A stretch of 63,901 nt of DNA, counting the filler, from Choristocarpus tenellus KU-1152 (Eukaryota > Protista > Phaeophyceae), in assembly GCA_964200185.2 (NCBI GenBank). It is 12 parts of 12 records of this genome, joined end to end, with 100 filler letters (N's around TTAATTAATTAA, not from the genome) between each part and the next. Parts side by side here need not be neighbours in the genome. Positions count along the whole stretch, not along the records: positions 1 to 5,687 come from CAXNAD020010008.1; positions 5,788 to 10,564 come from CAXNAD020013098.1; positions 10,665 to 24,713 come from CAXNAD020001293.1; 9 more parts are not named here. One strand, given 5' to 3'. The notes below the pieces were generated by a model. The model searched no databases and was not told the DNA's origin. It saw only the letters and a program-made list of their open reading frames with translations. Position 1 is the stretch's first letter, and each line of letters opens with the position of its first letter. Made by a program: the position numbers and the translations under genes. Positions 1-12,776 of this stretch are shown here, piece by piece.

Positions 1-93
1 CCCCCCCCCCCCCCCCCCTAAAAAAAAAAACCCCCACCCCCCCACCCCCCCCCCCCCCCCCCGTACATTCCACAATCCCCCTCTTCTCCTCAC

Positions 94-3000
94 CTCTCCG
101 GCAGAATCTTCACCCTCTTCTCTTTGACCGCCTCCAACGCCTGGGCGCCCATCCCCTCCGTACGCACAAACCACTGCGAAGATACCAGTGGTTCAATCAC
201 CTCACCCCCCCTCTGCGACCGTGGAACCCTTTGTGTGTGGGGCTCTACCTTGATCACCAGACCCTTTAAATATTTGAAAGAAACAAATAAAAAGTAGGGT
301 AAGACGACAAGAGGTCAGAGCAGAGGACAGGTCGGTCGACACAGGTCAGGAAAACATCCGAAGAAGAGGTAAGAAGTGGGGGAATACAATGTGGGGTTCC
401 ATTTCCCTGAGATTGAAAGGCCAATCGAGGCAGGTAGGTAGGTCCTGTTCCATCATCCAACCGGTTTTTTTTTTTTTGCATTCCATATATTTGAATTTGA
501 ATTTGACACACAGCAACCAAAAACAGGTGCAATGCATCATGTTGGTTTGTCGCAGTTTATCGGGAGATCATCACCGATCAGCTCGTCAAAGTTCTGCGCC
601 TCAGACAACATTGCACTCCAATTACAAAAGCTGTATGTTACGGATACAACATAAAAGAGTTACGTTCATTTTGGGATTGATTGTCTGAAGGCATCAAATA
701 TGTTACAGATGCCTTGCACTTGGGATAAGATGCATGACACGTGCTAGTACGTTTTTGTCTCTCAACTACAGTGAGCGTTACACAGTACAGTACAGTTCCT
801 TTCCAGTACTTGGTACAGTACTTTTAGAAGTACTCAAGTGGTACAGTACTCGAGTAGGTACTTGGTACAGGTACTGAGATCGTCTTGAAAAAATCGAAAT
901 CACGCCTTTTTCCTACAAACACCAGTTACAAATCTACATACTGAAGAAGGACAAACCATAACCTTTTGAAACTAGCAGATAAACAAATACATTATCCATC
1001 CATCCATCCAACCCACCAACAAAGTAGTGCAACCGCAGTAAGGACAACAATCTTTCGTTGGTGTGAACAGTAGCAGCTACCAAGGGTCGATTCAGGTTAG
1101 CATCCCTAACTATATATACACTGCACTTAGGGTAAGGGTTAGGGATGTAAAGATGTCTTAGGGATAGGGATACAAGTGCATGTCAGGGCTAGGGTTAGCA
1201 CTTAATGTTCATATTTGCACAGATAAGTTGGGGATAGGTTTATGGGAAGGATCCATCCATTACAGCAGAAAATATTCCCCTGTAGGCTAAGAGTTAGAGC
1301 CAGGACATGAGCCATCATCAACACAACAGACAATGCCTCCCTATCGCCCTCAAAACAAAGGTAGAGACAGAACAGAGCAAAAGTTGCAGCAAGAAAATGC
1401 AATCTTCTCAAGATATAGTGGACCAAAGGAAGTGCCTAGTTGAACAACACCCACAAGCACCCTCGCCCCCATCTGCATTGAGGAGATTCCAACCAACCCT
1501 ACAATAGTTAGTAACAAGTACCATACCGTTTTAGAAATAGATTGAACCGTGTTGCATCACTTTTAATTGTACTAATGATGAAGGTAATAATGCACATCAA
1601 TACTGACAACATTGACAATAACAGTAACACTTGACAATTAAAAATATGATGAAATATTTCACCTCCTTCTCCATGTCTGCCCACAACCTCTCCCTGCAAA
1701 CAAACCGATCCAATCCCTGGTATGCTTCCCCACCCTCCTTGCCGATAGTAGCGTCCCTCTCCATTATGTTTATTGTGGGGAGGGAGTGTCTCTTCCCAAT
1801 CTCATAGTCGTTGGGATCGTGTCCTTTTCAGGGAGTTAAAACTAGGGTTAGGGTCGTGTGTTGACTGGTGATAGGATTCGGGATATACACGATATATTCT
1901 GTGGGGTAACACAACATTGCGAAAGGTAATTAAAAAAATAATCAAACAATGAGACACAGGCATATCTCAGTACCACAGGAATAGTTGTATCCACTAGAAA
2001 AAAGATAAAAACAAACCGTTGAAGCTTCAAGCTATCACACCCCTCACTCTGGAGCTGGCTCTGTGGTGCTAACACAAAATGAGGGGCTTAACCAGCAACG
2101 AATTGTAAACAGCATCTATGGAACATGAATAATAAAACCGTCAAAAGCACACACCAATGCACAGGGTGGAGGAAGACTCTTTCGCCTACAGATTGGTTTC
2201 ATTGCTCTAGAGTGCCACAGCACACTGAAAATCAACAGAGAGGCACACACATGGACAAGGCAACAAATTTATACATATATATACACACACACACATGTGC
2301 ACACCTGGTGTTATCTTGAGCACCCCTGTTCCAAACTCCCTCTCAACATACTCATCTGCAATGATGGAGATCTCTCTCCCCTGAATGGGTACCACAACCT
2401 TGCCACCAACTAGGTGCTTGTACCGGGGGTCCTGAACAAAAATTAAGGGAATAAAACAAAAAGGTTGGAGGGTGTGTTAGCTGTGTGTGTACGGGACACT
2501 ATCAAAGAAGTCTAATAACAAAGGGAAAAAACATTAATTAACAAAAAAAACTTTAAGTGGAAGAAAAAATAAATTGAAAGCCACATCAAGTTGAATCATA
2601 TAAACTATAGGAACACACAGTGCAGCGGACCGCCAACTAATCCGGAAAATTCTGGTATCCACCAAGGGAAAATCTGAAGGTCGACTGAGGGGCATAAATA
2701 ATGGTACACATTTACCCCATATCGGTAAAACAGCTTCCACATATACCGTCAACAGCTTTTTCTTCATCGTACCATATCACCAAATAAACCAATAAAAGTC
2801 CTTCAAAAAATTAGTCGAATACATACAGGTTCTCAAAATAAAATCAATAAAACATAATAAAAAGACATGCTATATTGAGAGTAAGCAAAAAAAGGCATTC
2901 AACACATCACATCACATCACATCACATCACCTCTGGGTGAACGCACACAGCAGTGTCACCCAAGATAGTCTCCGGCCTGGTTGTTGCCACAGACAAGTAC

Positions 3001-4856
3001 TCCCCCTTTCCTCCATGTTCTCCCCCGAGCATATACCTACAGCAATACACAGAACAGCGTCATGCACCAAAGGCAGTGCTGAAGAACTTGGCGCATGTAA
3101 GGCTCATCGCCCAAAAGCTGGTGGTTGAGTTATATGGTAGACATACATTGAATATTAATTATCCACTGGGCCTTTGCCGTAGTCATCGATTATCTCTGAA
3201 CAAAGACTGACCCATCATACCGCTATGAACATTACTACTTTGTATCGTACAGAACTAAAGATAAAAGTGCGTGAAACTACATTACATACTTGCATCAGTA
3301 CATACAACGTAAGGATAACAATACCTTATTCGACAGGCAGCAGGAGTGTCCCTGAGGTACTCTTGTGCTAGAGCTTTGTTTCGAGTTGAGCATACATTCC
3401 TGAGTCAAGAGTATAACTTTGGATTGAGGACTCGAAGTAGGGGGGGGGTATGCTGTATTCTTGGGTTGGTATTGTCTCCTTAGCATACCTTGAAAAATTA
3501 GTGTTCAACATCGGCAATAATTAACCTAATAATAGGAATTTCAGCGCATTTTGACCTGGAAGGCCCGCAAATAACCAGAGCAACGTTCACAGGTTAGATG
3601 CACTATGAAGTCTATTGTCCATATAATACCCTAAGTCCATCTGCTCTATAACATCCATGGTCAGAGCGACATTCATTGCCCCTCGCCCTGCAAACTAAAT
3701 AATGTCTGTTGTCCAGAACAACGATCGCTTCGGTCCGTTCAATGAAAACCTTTTGGCGCATTAGTTTGATGTTTTCATGCAGCTAAAGCAAGATAAGCAA
3801 GAAATTTGGCAGGTAGAAAGAAGAAAGAAGAAAGAAGAAAGAAGAAAGAAGACAAAAGCATTACAAATACAAAAAATATATGTATGACTCTTGCAATCAC
3901 CCGTAGCATCTGTTGTCCAATAAATATTTAGTCCCATTTGCTCTGCAACACTCACTGTCCTAAGTAACACTTGGGACTATTGCTCTATAACATCCGTTGT
4001 GCACAAGAGTGCTGAGGACCATTTGCTCTACAACACTCTTTCCAGAACAACATAGCTCTATTACACCCACTGTGCACGACAATGCAAGGACCATTTCCTC
4101 TCAACTACGTTCCTCAGCAAAAGCTTAACCCTATTTACTCTATATATATGGTCCACTGCCCAGCAAATGCTCAACCTCACTTGTTCTGTAACACCTGATG
4201 TCCTAGACAACACTCATGGCCAATTGCTCTACGACCTCTGCAGCCCAGGAATGCTATATCATGTGCAATACCAAAACATTGGATAAACACTGCATAAGGT
4301 TATATTACGTTGCCAAGTTGTGGTTATTGGGTTGGAGGTGTTTCACCAGGTTGGGAGCATGTCATTGCATTGGGCACTATTGTACCAAACACTCTAAGCA
4401 CCTGAATAGGAAGGGACAAGACTCACACACAACATGGTGTACAAAACCAGATGAGCTTGCTGACGGGATGAATCAATGAAACGAGGTTGACCACAGCAAT
4501 AAAATCCATACAAGAGAACAAACACCTTCCAAAACAGAATCACAGGCTCCCAGGTGTGTGTGGTCCAAAGTAGAGGGAGTGCTGAACGAGTGGGGATGAA
4601 AAAGAGACTACCTACCTGCTTACTTTAACCTATTATCTGAGAGGCACAGCACACATAGGTACGTGTGTGTGTGTGTGTGTAATTGTTGAGAGCAGGGGTG
4701 GCAGGGCATTATCTAGCCCGTTATGTAGCCCAAGATATCTCACTTGAAGTAATACAACTTTCCCTGCTCCTCAGTGTACTCCACCTCCAGATCACTGACT
4801 GCCGTCTGCAGCGAAGGACTCCAATTCACCATGTAGTCCCCACGATACACAAGTCC
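94..4856 (-). CDS. valS: Valyl-tRNA synthetase, bacterial/organellar type (5 internal exons; partial at both ends)
   Basis: Exons 4744-4856, 2931-3036, 2305-2431, 1663-1823 and 94-263 have GT-AG boundaries and compatible phases. They give [27 protein letters not shown]..., [29 protein letters not shown]...[34 protein letters not shown] and [21 protein letters not shown], which are ValRS editing-domain-region motifs. Confidence 0.95.
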
Positions 4857-5687
4857 CTGGAAATAACAATTTCACGTTGGAGATTATAAGGGGAAAGTAC
4901 AATATAAGATTGAGAAGGGGGGGGGGGAGGGAGACATGATTCACACAGTATTCATCGTGGAAAGTGAAGATAAGTTAGCTGGACTGTACTATTACATTTT
5001 GTCATTTACAAAGGGGGTCCACAATTTCCATGTTACCTTATCACACTTCCCAAAACCTTGAAACCTTTATATACAAAATACCCGTTCTTTTTTTATACAT
5101 CATGCATTTCTGGATTTGTTGATTATTGCCCCCAGCACATCACACCAAACAGAGGTGGGGGTAGGAATAAGAGCCAGTACGATCTCCTACCAGACGTGTC
5201 ACACATCCCAGGGGCAGGTGAATGCAACAATTCATCCACCAAGAAAATTAGAGGACAGAAAGTATAGAATCAAGGGGAAGAAGTATACTAAGTCAGGGTC
5301 AGGGTTAGGGTTGGTAGCAAAAAAATATCTACTAACATACTGAGTAGATCTTCATCATCAGTCAGCACACCCGTTTAAAAAAGAATCAATTTCTTTTTTT
5401 ATGGGAAAAAATACTTGGAAATACCAGGTCTGCACAACAATCGACTTCCTCAAAGGTTTATGTTCCTCTTCGGTTCAAAAGAGTGGGGTCGGCTACAAGG
5501 ACATTGCTTGGGGTTAACAGAGCACTCCAAGCTATTTGACGAAATGAAGTACCATTATGATACAAGTGGATCCAGTTGTGCAAGACTATCTGCACATTAC
5601 AACCTAAATCTCATCAGGTTTTTCTCATAGAGGATCAACACATAGGTGAAAAGGGTGGGTTAGCATAGCAGGCGGGGGGGAAGGGGG

Positions 5688-5787
5688 NNNNNNNNNNNNN
5701 NNNNNNNNNNNNNNNNNNNNNNNNNNNNNNNTTAATTAATTAANNNNNNNNNNNNNNNNNNNNNNNNNNNNNNNNNNNNNNNNNNNN
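5688..5787. other. Artificial contig-joining spacer (first of 11)
   Basis: 44 N + TTAATTAATTAA (stops in all six frames) + 44 N. The same spacer occurs at 10565-10664, 24714-24813, 29978-30077, 33805-33904, 42883-42982, 46367-46466, 49205-49304, 51875-51974, 56046-56145 and 61291-61390. A separate 10-N gap lies at 62172-62181. Confidence 0.99.
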
Positions 5788-5937
5788 CCCCCCCCCAGAT
5801 ACCTTGGGTCTTGAGATTGTCTTTGCAAGTCTATTTTAAGGGGGGGTGTAAGGAGCACACACTTGATACGAAAAATATCGCAAAATATGGTGTATATAGC
5901 AAGACACGAAGCAGTCAGTAGTGCCATACTCGATTTT

Positions 5938-6195
5938 GAGTCAAAGTATCTTGGAGGGTAGAGCTGCATCCATTTGGGGGTCAATACCCAATGTTGCAAT
6001 TTTGATATAATTTTGGCTATCATGCTTGTTAGGAAGAGTTAATATCCTTGTTCCAGACACACCTTTTCATAACTTACACATTTACCTACTCCAAAACATT
6101 TTGGAGTAGGTAAAATGTCATTAAAAAGCCGTGGGAAGCCAAGCCTCAAATGGACAAACTGGGAAAAACTCGTACACTCTAAGATGCTTTCACTC
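5938..6195. mobile_element. MITE family A (~260 bp), Sola-like ends
   Basis: Ends GAGTCAAAGTATCTT...AAGATGCTTTCACTC form imperfect TIRs, flanked by TTTT/TTTT (4-bp TSD). Colinear with 35883-36142. Confidence 0.8.
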
Positions 6196-8027
6196 TTTTG
6201 GTTTGCCATTTTTGTTTAAACTTGATATTTGTGCACATTGAGGTTTGCCACTTTGAAATACACATAATTAAGTGAATTAGGTCCATCTAGTGACGGACAA
6301 AGGACATGAAAACTGGTGGATTGAGGAGTGTGCCAACAACGAACCATTTTGCATGTAAATATTTGGAATTAGTTACGGCTGTTGAACAGACTTTAGCCTC
6401 TTTCGACTTGTGCAAGTTCCTACCCGGGGGCCCTTCTTTTGAGTCAAAGTAAACGAGAGGTATCCAGGTTCTGACCGTTTTGCGTTTTTAGACATTTTTT
6501 CGATCTTCTGAAATCCACCCGTATTTCCATGGATGAAGTGTCAAGTTTTACTTGATACCGTTGATTTCTTTGTTTGAAAACATTCAACATAATTCAGAGT
6601 ATTAATTCCTATAATCATTAGTACGAGAAAAGTCGAATTTTACATGTATTTGTCAGCATCCTCAAAATATAGCTCTGGGTACAGCTCTTTTAATTTTTAG
6701 CAGTAACATGGCAATACAACATTCACCAATATTTTTTTGGATAGCTATACCACAATGAAAATTATTGTTCTCAAGATTCATCCCTTTGTCACATCCCACT
6801 GACCAAATGTCACGATCAACTTGCCTTGGGCACCCCATTTTAGGTATCATATGCACAGTTTGGTGTATTGGATCCCAACAGACCCGCTGGATATGATGCC
6901 AGATACTCTGGCAATAGACATAACCAAGTACATGTGGGTATGCCAGGGAGGTGCACGAATTGCGCCACAAGATCCCAAGAAGAGGGCCGAGTATGCATCA
7001 GAGCTTCTCAAAGTCAACAGTGCCAAGAATTGCCAAAAATTCGTAGATACCTGGCAGAATTCTCAGTAACATAAGGAGGTACGGGGTAGTGTGAGGGTGA
7101 TTGGCACTAACATGTTTCTTGCTCTGGAGAATGTTGACTATGATGAGGGGATTTGACACAGGTTAGAAGGCTGCAGGGAGATATTGAAACTCTTGGGTCA
7201 GGATATTATGGTTGTTTGGCGGCCTACAGTTGAATTGTACAAAAAGAGAATGTGGCTTTCACTTGAAGGAAAATTATGAGTACCTAGCTGAAATTTCTTC
7301 AGATTGTCCCCCCTCACCCCTCACCGGCATGTTCCCAAATTTTTTACGATAGACTGTAATGGGTTCCAATGTGTTGTTTGCGTCATGGTTAGGATATTCT
7401 TGTCACAGGATACAATTCCAATAACTGCATTCATTAAGGGTTTGCAGTTGTTGGAATTGTGTACTTACTGAGTTTTTTTTTTGTCTATTTTAATCTGGCT
7501 GTTGCCCTCGCTTTCAACTTCACCCATTGATCTTGTACTGTATATCAAAATGAACCTAGCGTCAAGTACCTAGTCTCTGATGTGCCTGAGTTGCACCACT
7601 GCCGCCATAAATAGGTGCGAATCTCCCCCAAGTGCTGCTGTTGTGGGAACGTATACCTATGGCTAGTTTCTGTCAATGTTGGGGGGGTATTCTACTATTT
7701 TTGAAATTCATACTCTAAGTATGTGTCCGAGCTTTGGCGAATTGCGGAAGGCGAACTCTTTCAGGCCGTCTAAGGGTATCGTAGGGTCGAGAGGGCGAAG
7801 GTCGTGTAGTGCAGTGTTCTCAGTCCTGGTTGGACATCATGACACACGACACAGTGGACAGACAGCACGACAAGAAGGACAGCGTTGCAAGCAACGGTGC
7901 AGGCAATCTTATCATTAAGTGAGGTCCTGACAATATTTCCACGGCATCCCCAAAATGTCAAGCCATACCCTCCACAACGCCAGACCCATTAGATACATCT
8001 CGTGGAAGGAGGGTAGACATCAAAACA

Positions 8028-10206
8028 CTAAGTTCCATGGTCCATGGAAACCTCCAAAAAAATGACACATCCAACGCACAAAGGACGAGCAATCCGCATG
8101 ATGTACAAGCAGCCAAGATCCACGTGCAAACCAACGTGAAACCAAACTCGCAGAGACGACTTGTATGCCCGTATAATGTGCAACCACGCCGAGACCCACA
8201 TGCACTTCTCCATGTCCGCCGTTTCGCTGCGTGAGGGGGGACGTAAAAGGCTTTGCCTGGTGGGTGACCTGCCCACGCTCCTTGCGTGACCCTTACCCTT
8301 GCCCTTGCCCCTGCCCTGACCCGACGCTTCGTTCCCCACCGATCCAGACCCTTCACTGCCCTCCTGTGCCATGGGGCAATTGATACATAATAGATCCTTG
8401 TGCCTCTCGTCGCCTACAATCCCCACGTAGGCACATTCGCCCATATGCGTGATGGAGCACTTTGGGCATGAATACCTGTCACGTGTGTCATCGAACGAGA
8501 GTGTTAAACCGACAGGATAGTATTTTTCCAAATCATTAATTGGGCGCAACAATGCAACACGGGGATCCACGTTTACGAAGGACCACGAAATTGGCGTGGC
8601 AAATAAAGAGACGTGGGGGTAGCGACTGCAGCGCCATACACAGAGGGATCCCGCAAGTTCCACCGGTTCAAAGGCGTGCGCCGCTGAAAAGATACAACGT
8701 AGTTAGCCGTTCAGGGGATTGGATGGAAACCAATCTTAAGCCATTAATTACCCTCCATCCTCGTGTGCACCGTTACAACTACATTACTCACCGAGACGTA
8801 GGTGGAGGATTGCATTCAGTACAGCAAATGCCCGCGTTCCATCCTCCATGGCCGTTTTGTTCTTCTTCCGCACCAGGAACACTGCCGACAGAACCCCCTT
8901 CGCCCGTATATCCTCCCTGTCTGGCAGTCCGTTCCCTCCCTCGTCTTCGTCCCCTCCTTTGTGTTCGTCCCCTCCCTCGTCTCCGTCCCCTCCTTGGTGT
9001 TCGCACCCTCCCTCGCCTTCTTTCTCACGGTCATCTGATGCCGATCCATTGTTGCTCTCAACTTCTGCACCCCGCCATCACAGCCTTGCCCGCTGTGAAC
9101 TCGGTGGAGGGTGACCTGGTTGAGTACATCCTGGTATTTCTCATCCCAAGTGGTGAGGTAAGCGCGTAGAGTCGAGTCCTTCGCGAGAATCTGGTGGTGG
9201 ACACGACTGAGGACGTTGTTGAGGAGAGGAAGGGGCGATGGTGACGTCAAAAATGGGAGAGTGTAATGGAAGTACGATAGCATGTCGATCGAACAGAGCA
9301 AACGATACGGTTGACGTTGTGAACATGTTTAATGGAGGCGGCTTGCGGGGCAAAATAAGGCTTGCGGGGCAAAATAATTTGAAAGAAGTCCATGTCGAGG
9401 ACGTCAGCCTGTCTGTAGGTTTTTCGGGGACAGTGTTGGAGGCAGAAACGAGGTGGAGATTGACCAAGATCGTTGTCTAGAGTAGAAGGAAACGGTTGGT
9501 ATTCCCGGTATTAGCAATGAAAGTCGAGATCTGACAAAACAGCATCGTTTGTTGTAGGGAAGGCAACTCTGTCGCTCATGATGATGACGAAGACCCAACA
9601 CCAATCCTACCAAGCATCAACTATTTTTTTTTGGTACAAGCCATTTCAGCTGTAATTACCAACAGAGGAGGCACACCCATGGCTCTGACCCGTTGCAGAG
9701 GTTTCATTCTGACTACTGTGGAGATGTTTGCCCTCAGCTGCCGGACAGACCCCGCTTGTTGGTCGCCAGATGAAACCTTCTGCAGAAGTTAGGCCACCTC
9801 CCTCTTCCTCTCCTCGTAGTGGGGCTTGACCCAGAGGTCGTGCATACTGCTCTTCTCATATGCGAGCCTGTCCATTTCCCTGGCAGCCCGTTAATCGTTC
9901 ACGTAACGTCCGGAATTCAGAGTGGTTTTGCAACAATCAATAAGTGCGGTGCAGAAAAAGACGCAGACGTATATTTTACAATTGAGGGGTGCATGGCCAC
10001 GTATGGGTGCACAGGAGATACGGAAAAGGCAAAAAAAGATAACCGCTGCAACTGCACCATTTACCAACCTTTGGAGCTCTGGTGTCCACTTCTCCTTGGG
10101 CACAATCTGCATGGTGCGCGAGACAACTATCTCAGATATTTGCGCGTCCGATTCGATGTCCTTGTAGTCCCTTGCCGTAGGAACCTTCCCGTACAACGAC
10201 TTGTAC
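8028..10206 (-). CDS. Spliced orphan gene with acidic/Gly linker and C-terminal CxxC...CxxC finger; one apparent frameshift (possible pseudogene or sequencing error)
   Basis: Candidate exons 10069-10206, 9798-9879, 8792-9190 and 8028-8683, all GT-AG. Phases join if one G is added in the GGGG run at ~9070-9073. Peptide includes YKSLYGKVPTARDY...EMDRLAYEKSSMHDLWVKPHY...ILAKDSTLRAYLTTW...RAFAVLNAILHLRL...YSCPKC-x24-CINC. Confidence 0.55.
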
Positions 10207-10501
10207 CTGGAAAAATAGAATGGCCATGAAGGACGTCAACGAAAACGATGCGCAGGTTATGATAAGGAAAGGGTCGCCACTGCAGCAAATATTCATGGAT
10301 CGATTGTCGTACTTCATAAAAGACAAGAGCGCACATAAACAGGAAACACACACTGTTGTAGAATTACCACAATACTACCAAGGGTTTTCGTTCGACACAA
10401 CCATGGCCGACTACATTCTTCGTCGCAGGAGACACTTATTTAACGTTCCTGTGCAATGTGCTGCGACCTGCACAAATTGCGCCTACTGCTGTCTACACGA
10501 T

Positions 10502-10564
10502 GAGTGAAAGTATCTTAGAGGGTACGAATTTTTCCCTGTTTGTCCATTTGTGGGGCTTGGCTTC
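10502..10564. mobile_element. MITE family A, partial inverted copy cut by contig end
   Basis: Reverse complement matches the 3' part of 5938-6195 and 35883-36142 (GAAGCCAAGC...AAATGGACAAAC...CTCTAAGATACTTTCACTC). Confidence 0.75.
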
Positions 10565-11097
10565 NNNNNNNNNNNNNNNNNNNNNNNNNNNNNNNNNNNN
10601 NNNNNNNNTTAATTAATTAANNNNNNNNNNNNNNNNNNNNNNNNNNNNNNNNNNNNNNNNNNNNTCTTCATTCTTATATTGTTTCTTCTACAGAATCTTC
10701 TTTTACACATGAATAAAAACTCATATTCTTAACACCGGTGGGAACAGATAGCTTTATCCAAGCCTGTATGGCCAAGGTGATCAAGAGCTCTGGGACATGA
10801 ACTTTGGCCACACACCTCAGCGAGATGAAGGACAAACAGGTGGCCTGGCTCCTCAACTCCTGATCCCTCTCCTCCCTCCTAGGCTATCTTGCGAGGGTCA
10901 CTCCTCCCCTTCTGGCACACTCCACCATGGAGCTAGCAGACAAAACCACTATGGACGACAGAGAGAATAATGGAGGTAGTGGACTCGACAGAGGCGACGG
11001 TTTTTTTTGGAGGGGTGTGTGACAATGGGTCTCTCCGTCTATAGACCCACCAACAAGTACAGGCACAGATGCCCACAAGTGCGAGGGAGTTGGGCCT

Positions 11098-11464
11098 TGT
11101 TCGTAGATAGTGCTGCTGATACACTATAGACACCACTGGTAGATTACGTGATAGGGTAGAGAGCCAGTGACAGATATATTATATCTACTGACTCATAGTG
11201 TTGATTGGTTATATCATGTTCAAGATACATTTTCTATACTTAAGTAAATAAGTAATTCATAGTAAATTAGTGTGGACGATTACAAACCCCATCCTATAGA
11301 GTAATGATGGTAGTTAAGGCTAGATTCTCACCCACGAGCTCAGTCAGCGGAATCGAGACCACTAGCCCCTTGTAATACTAACATTGTTCATCCATATCAA
11401 GCTGTTCTTTGTCCTTCATTAAAGCACCATAAAAGCTGTGGGTCCAGTGTGGGATAGTTCAACA
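11098..11464. mobile_element. Solo LTR, family 1 (367 bp)
   Basis: Starts TGTTCG, ends TCAACA. 5-bp TSD GGCCT at 11093-11097 and 11465-11469. Removing it restores the LINE sequence. Confidence 0.88.
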
Positions 11465-11643
11465 GGCCTCTCCTCTATGAAACACCACCAACACACGGCT
11501 TTCGTAGGATCATTGGTGGCTACTCTCTCCACCCTCCTAGCAAGGTAGCAAGGGCCTCATGGCGAGTCCTTCTCACAAACTGTTTGAACGAGCCCCACAG
11601 TACAGACTTTTGGATCGTCCATTCACACCCTCTTTTCTACAGG

Positions 11644-12511
11644 TGAGACAGGCAATAATCAGATGATACTTAGCACCTTAGGGAAGCTGTACTTAGAGTA
11701 AATGATTACTCAGATTGGGCTAGATGTAGAGAGATTTCTCCGAGTAGATAAGGATATATGTTTTGGAGCTGTTAGGAGTTAGGTTCTTCTTTCTTTCTCC
11801 TTGCCACAGGATGATCTGAGGTGATTGATGGTATATATTGTCTTCACTGGTGACAATCACCTGTGGTAAGCATGAGACATGTATTGCTACTTCACGCTGG
11901 GGGGCATGTTACAGGCGAATAGCGCGAGCATTTCTTCTTGTGTTCTAACAAAATACGAGCATTTGTTACACGCGAATAGCGCGAGCATTTCTTATGTTTT
12001 AGCAAACATGAACATTTGTGACAGGCGAATAGTACGAGCATTGTTTCTCGCGTTCTAACAAGTGGGAACAATATTCAGTATTAGTAACACATAGGCGGTC
12101 TTACAGAATAAATGCTGATTTCGTAGAAGATACAGAGTAAGATTGCAATGCATACGTAACATTACAGAAGGAAATGTCAAAGTCCCTAAGAAGTTGCAGA
12201 ATAAAGGTTTATGATTGGAGTACGTGTAGAGCAGTTGCATAGAAGACCAAAGAAATTGGATGGATGATGAAAACAATAAGAGGACTTTTGGTGAAGACAC
12301 CTTGACCCCACTTAGACAGTCCTTACTTTTACCTTAAACGAAACTTTGAGTCGAGCTTTGAGCTAAGCACTGAGTGGAATATCAAGAAGAAAAGGACATC
12401 TGACACCCTACAAACTGTTGTCAAGGGCAGCACCCCCATAGCGTCGTTTTAAGGTCGTTGGATTTGAGTTGTATATCCTGTGGAGGTAAGTTCTGAGGGG
12501 CGCCTGTAATA
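11644..12511 (+). mobile_element. Solo LTR, family 2 (~870 bp)
   Basis: TGAGACAGGC...GCCTGTAATA with flanking CAGG/CAGG; the exact junction is ambiguous by 1-3 nt. Its 3' ~310 bp match 16407-16723. Contains three GCGAATAG(C/T)(G/A)CGAGCATT repeats at ~11910-12050. Confidence 0.72.
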
Positions 12512-12776
12512 CAGGTATCTCCTCAGAAGACCTTGTAGAAATCATTGACCAGACTGGGGGTAACCTGGAGAGAACAATATCCCCTGCACCTGCCTCGGAG
12601 GTCCACATCCTGGCAGCTCATGACGCCAGGATCACAAGGAGGGTTCAATATGAGATCACACGCCTCCTGAACAGGATCCGTTTCGACTTCTTTCGGACAC
12701 AACTAGCTGTTCGTGGATAGTGCTGCTGATACACTACAGACACCACCAGTGGAGTAGATAATAGGATGGAGAGCTA

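Noticed and set aside
5415-5630. RTE-like C-terminal remnant (RLPQRFMF)
   Set aside because: A single short motif with no supporting context.
5732-5743. TTAATTAATTAA as a biological motif
   Set aside because: Always centred in N runs of identical length, so it is a synthetic linker.
8540-9169. 209-aa plus-strand ORF
   Set aside because: Antisense to the exon chain on the minus strand, and the Pro/Leu/Arg repeats derive from the tandem repeat.
6130-10564. One large TIR transposon spanning contig 2
   Set aside because: The inverted match is explained by two copies of a self-contained 260-bp MITE, the first with its own TSD. A composite element cannot be excluded but is not supported.
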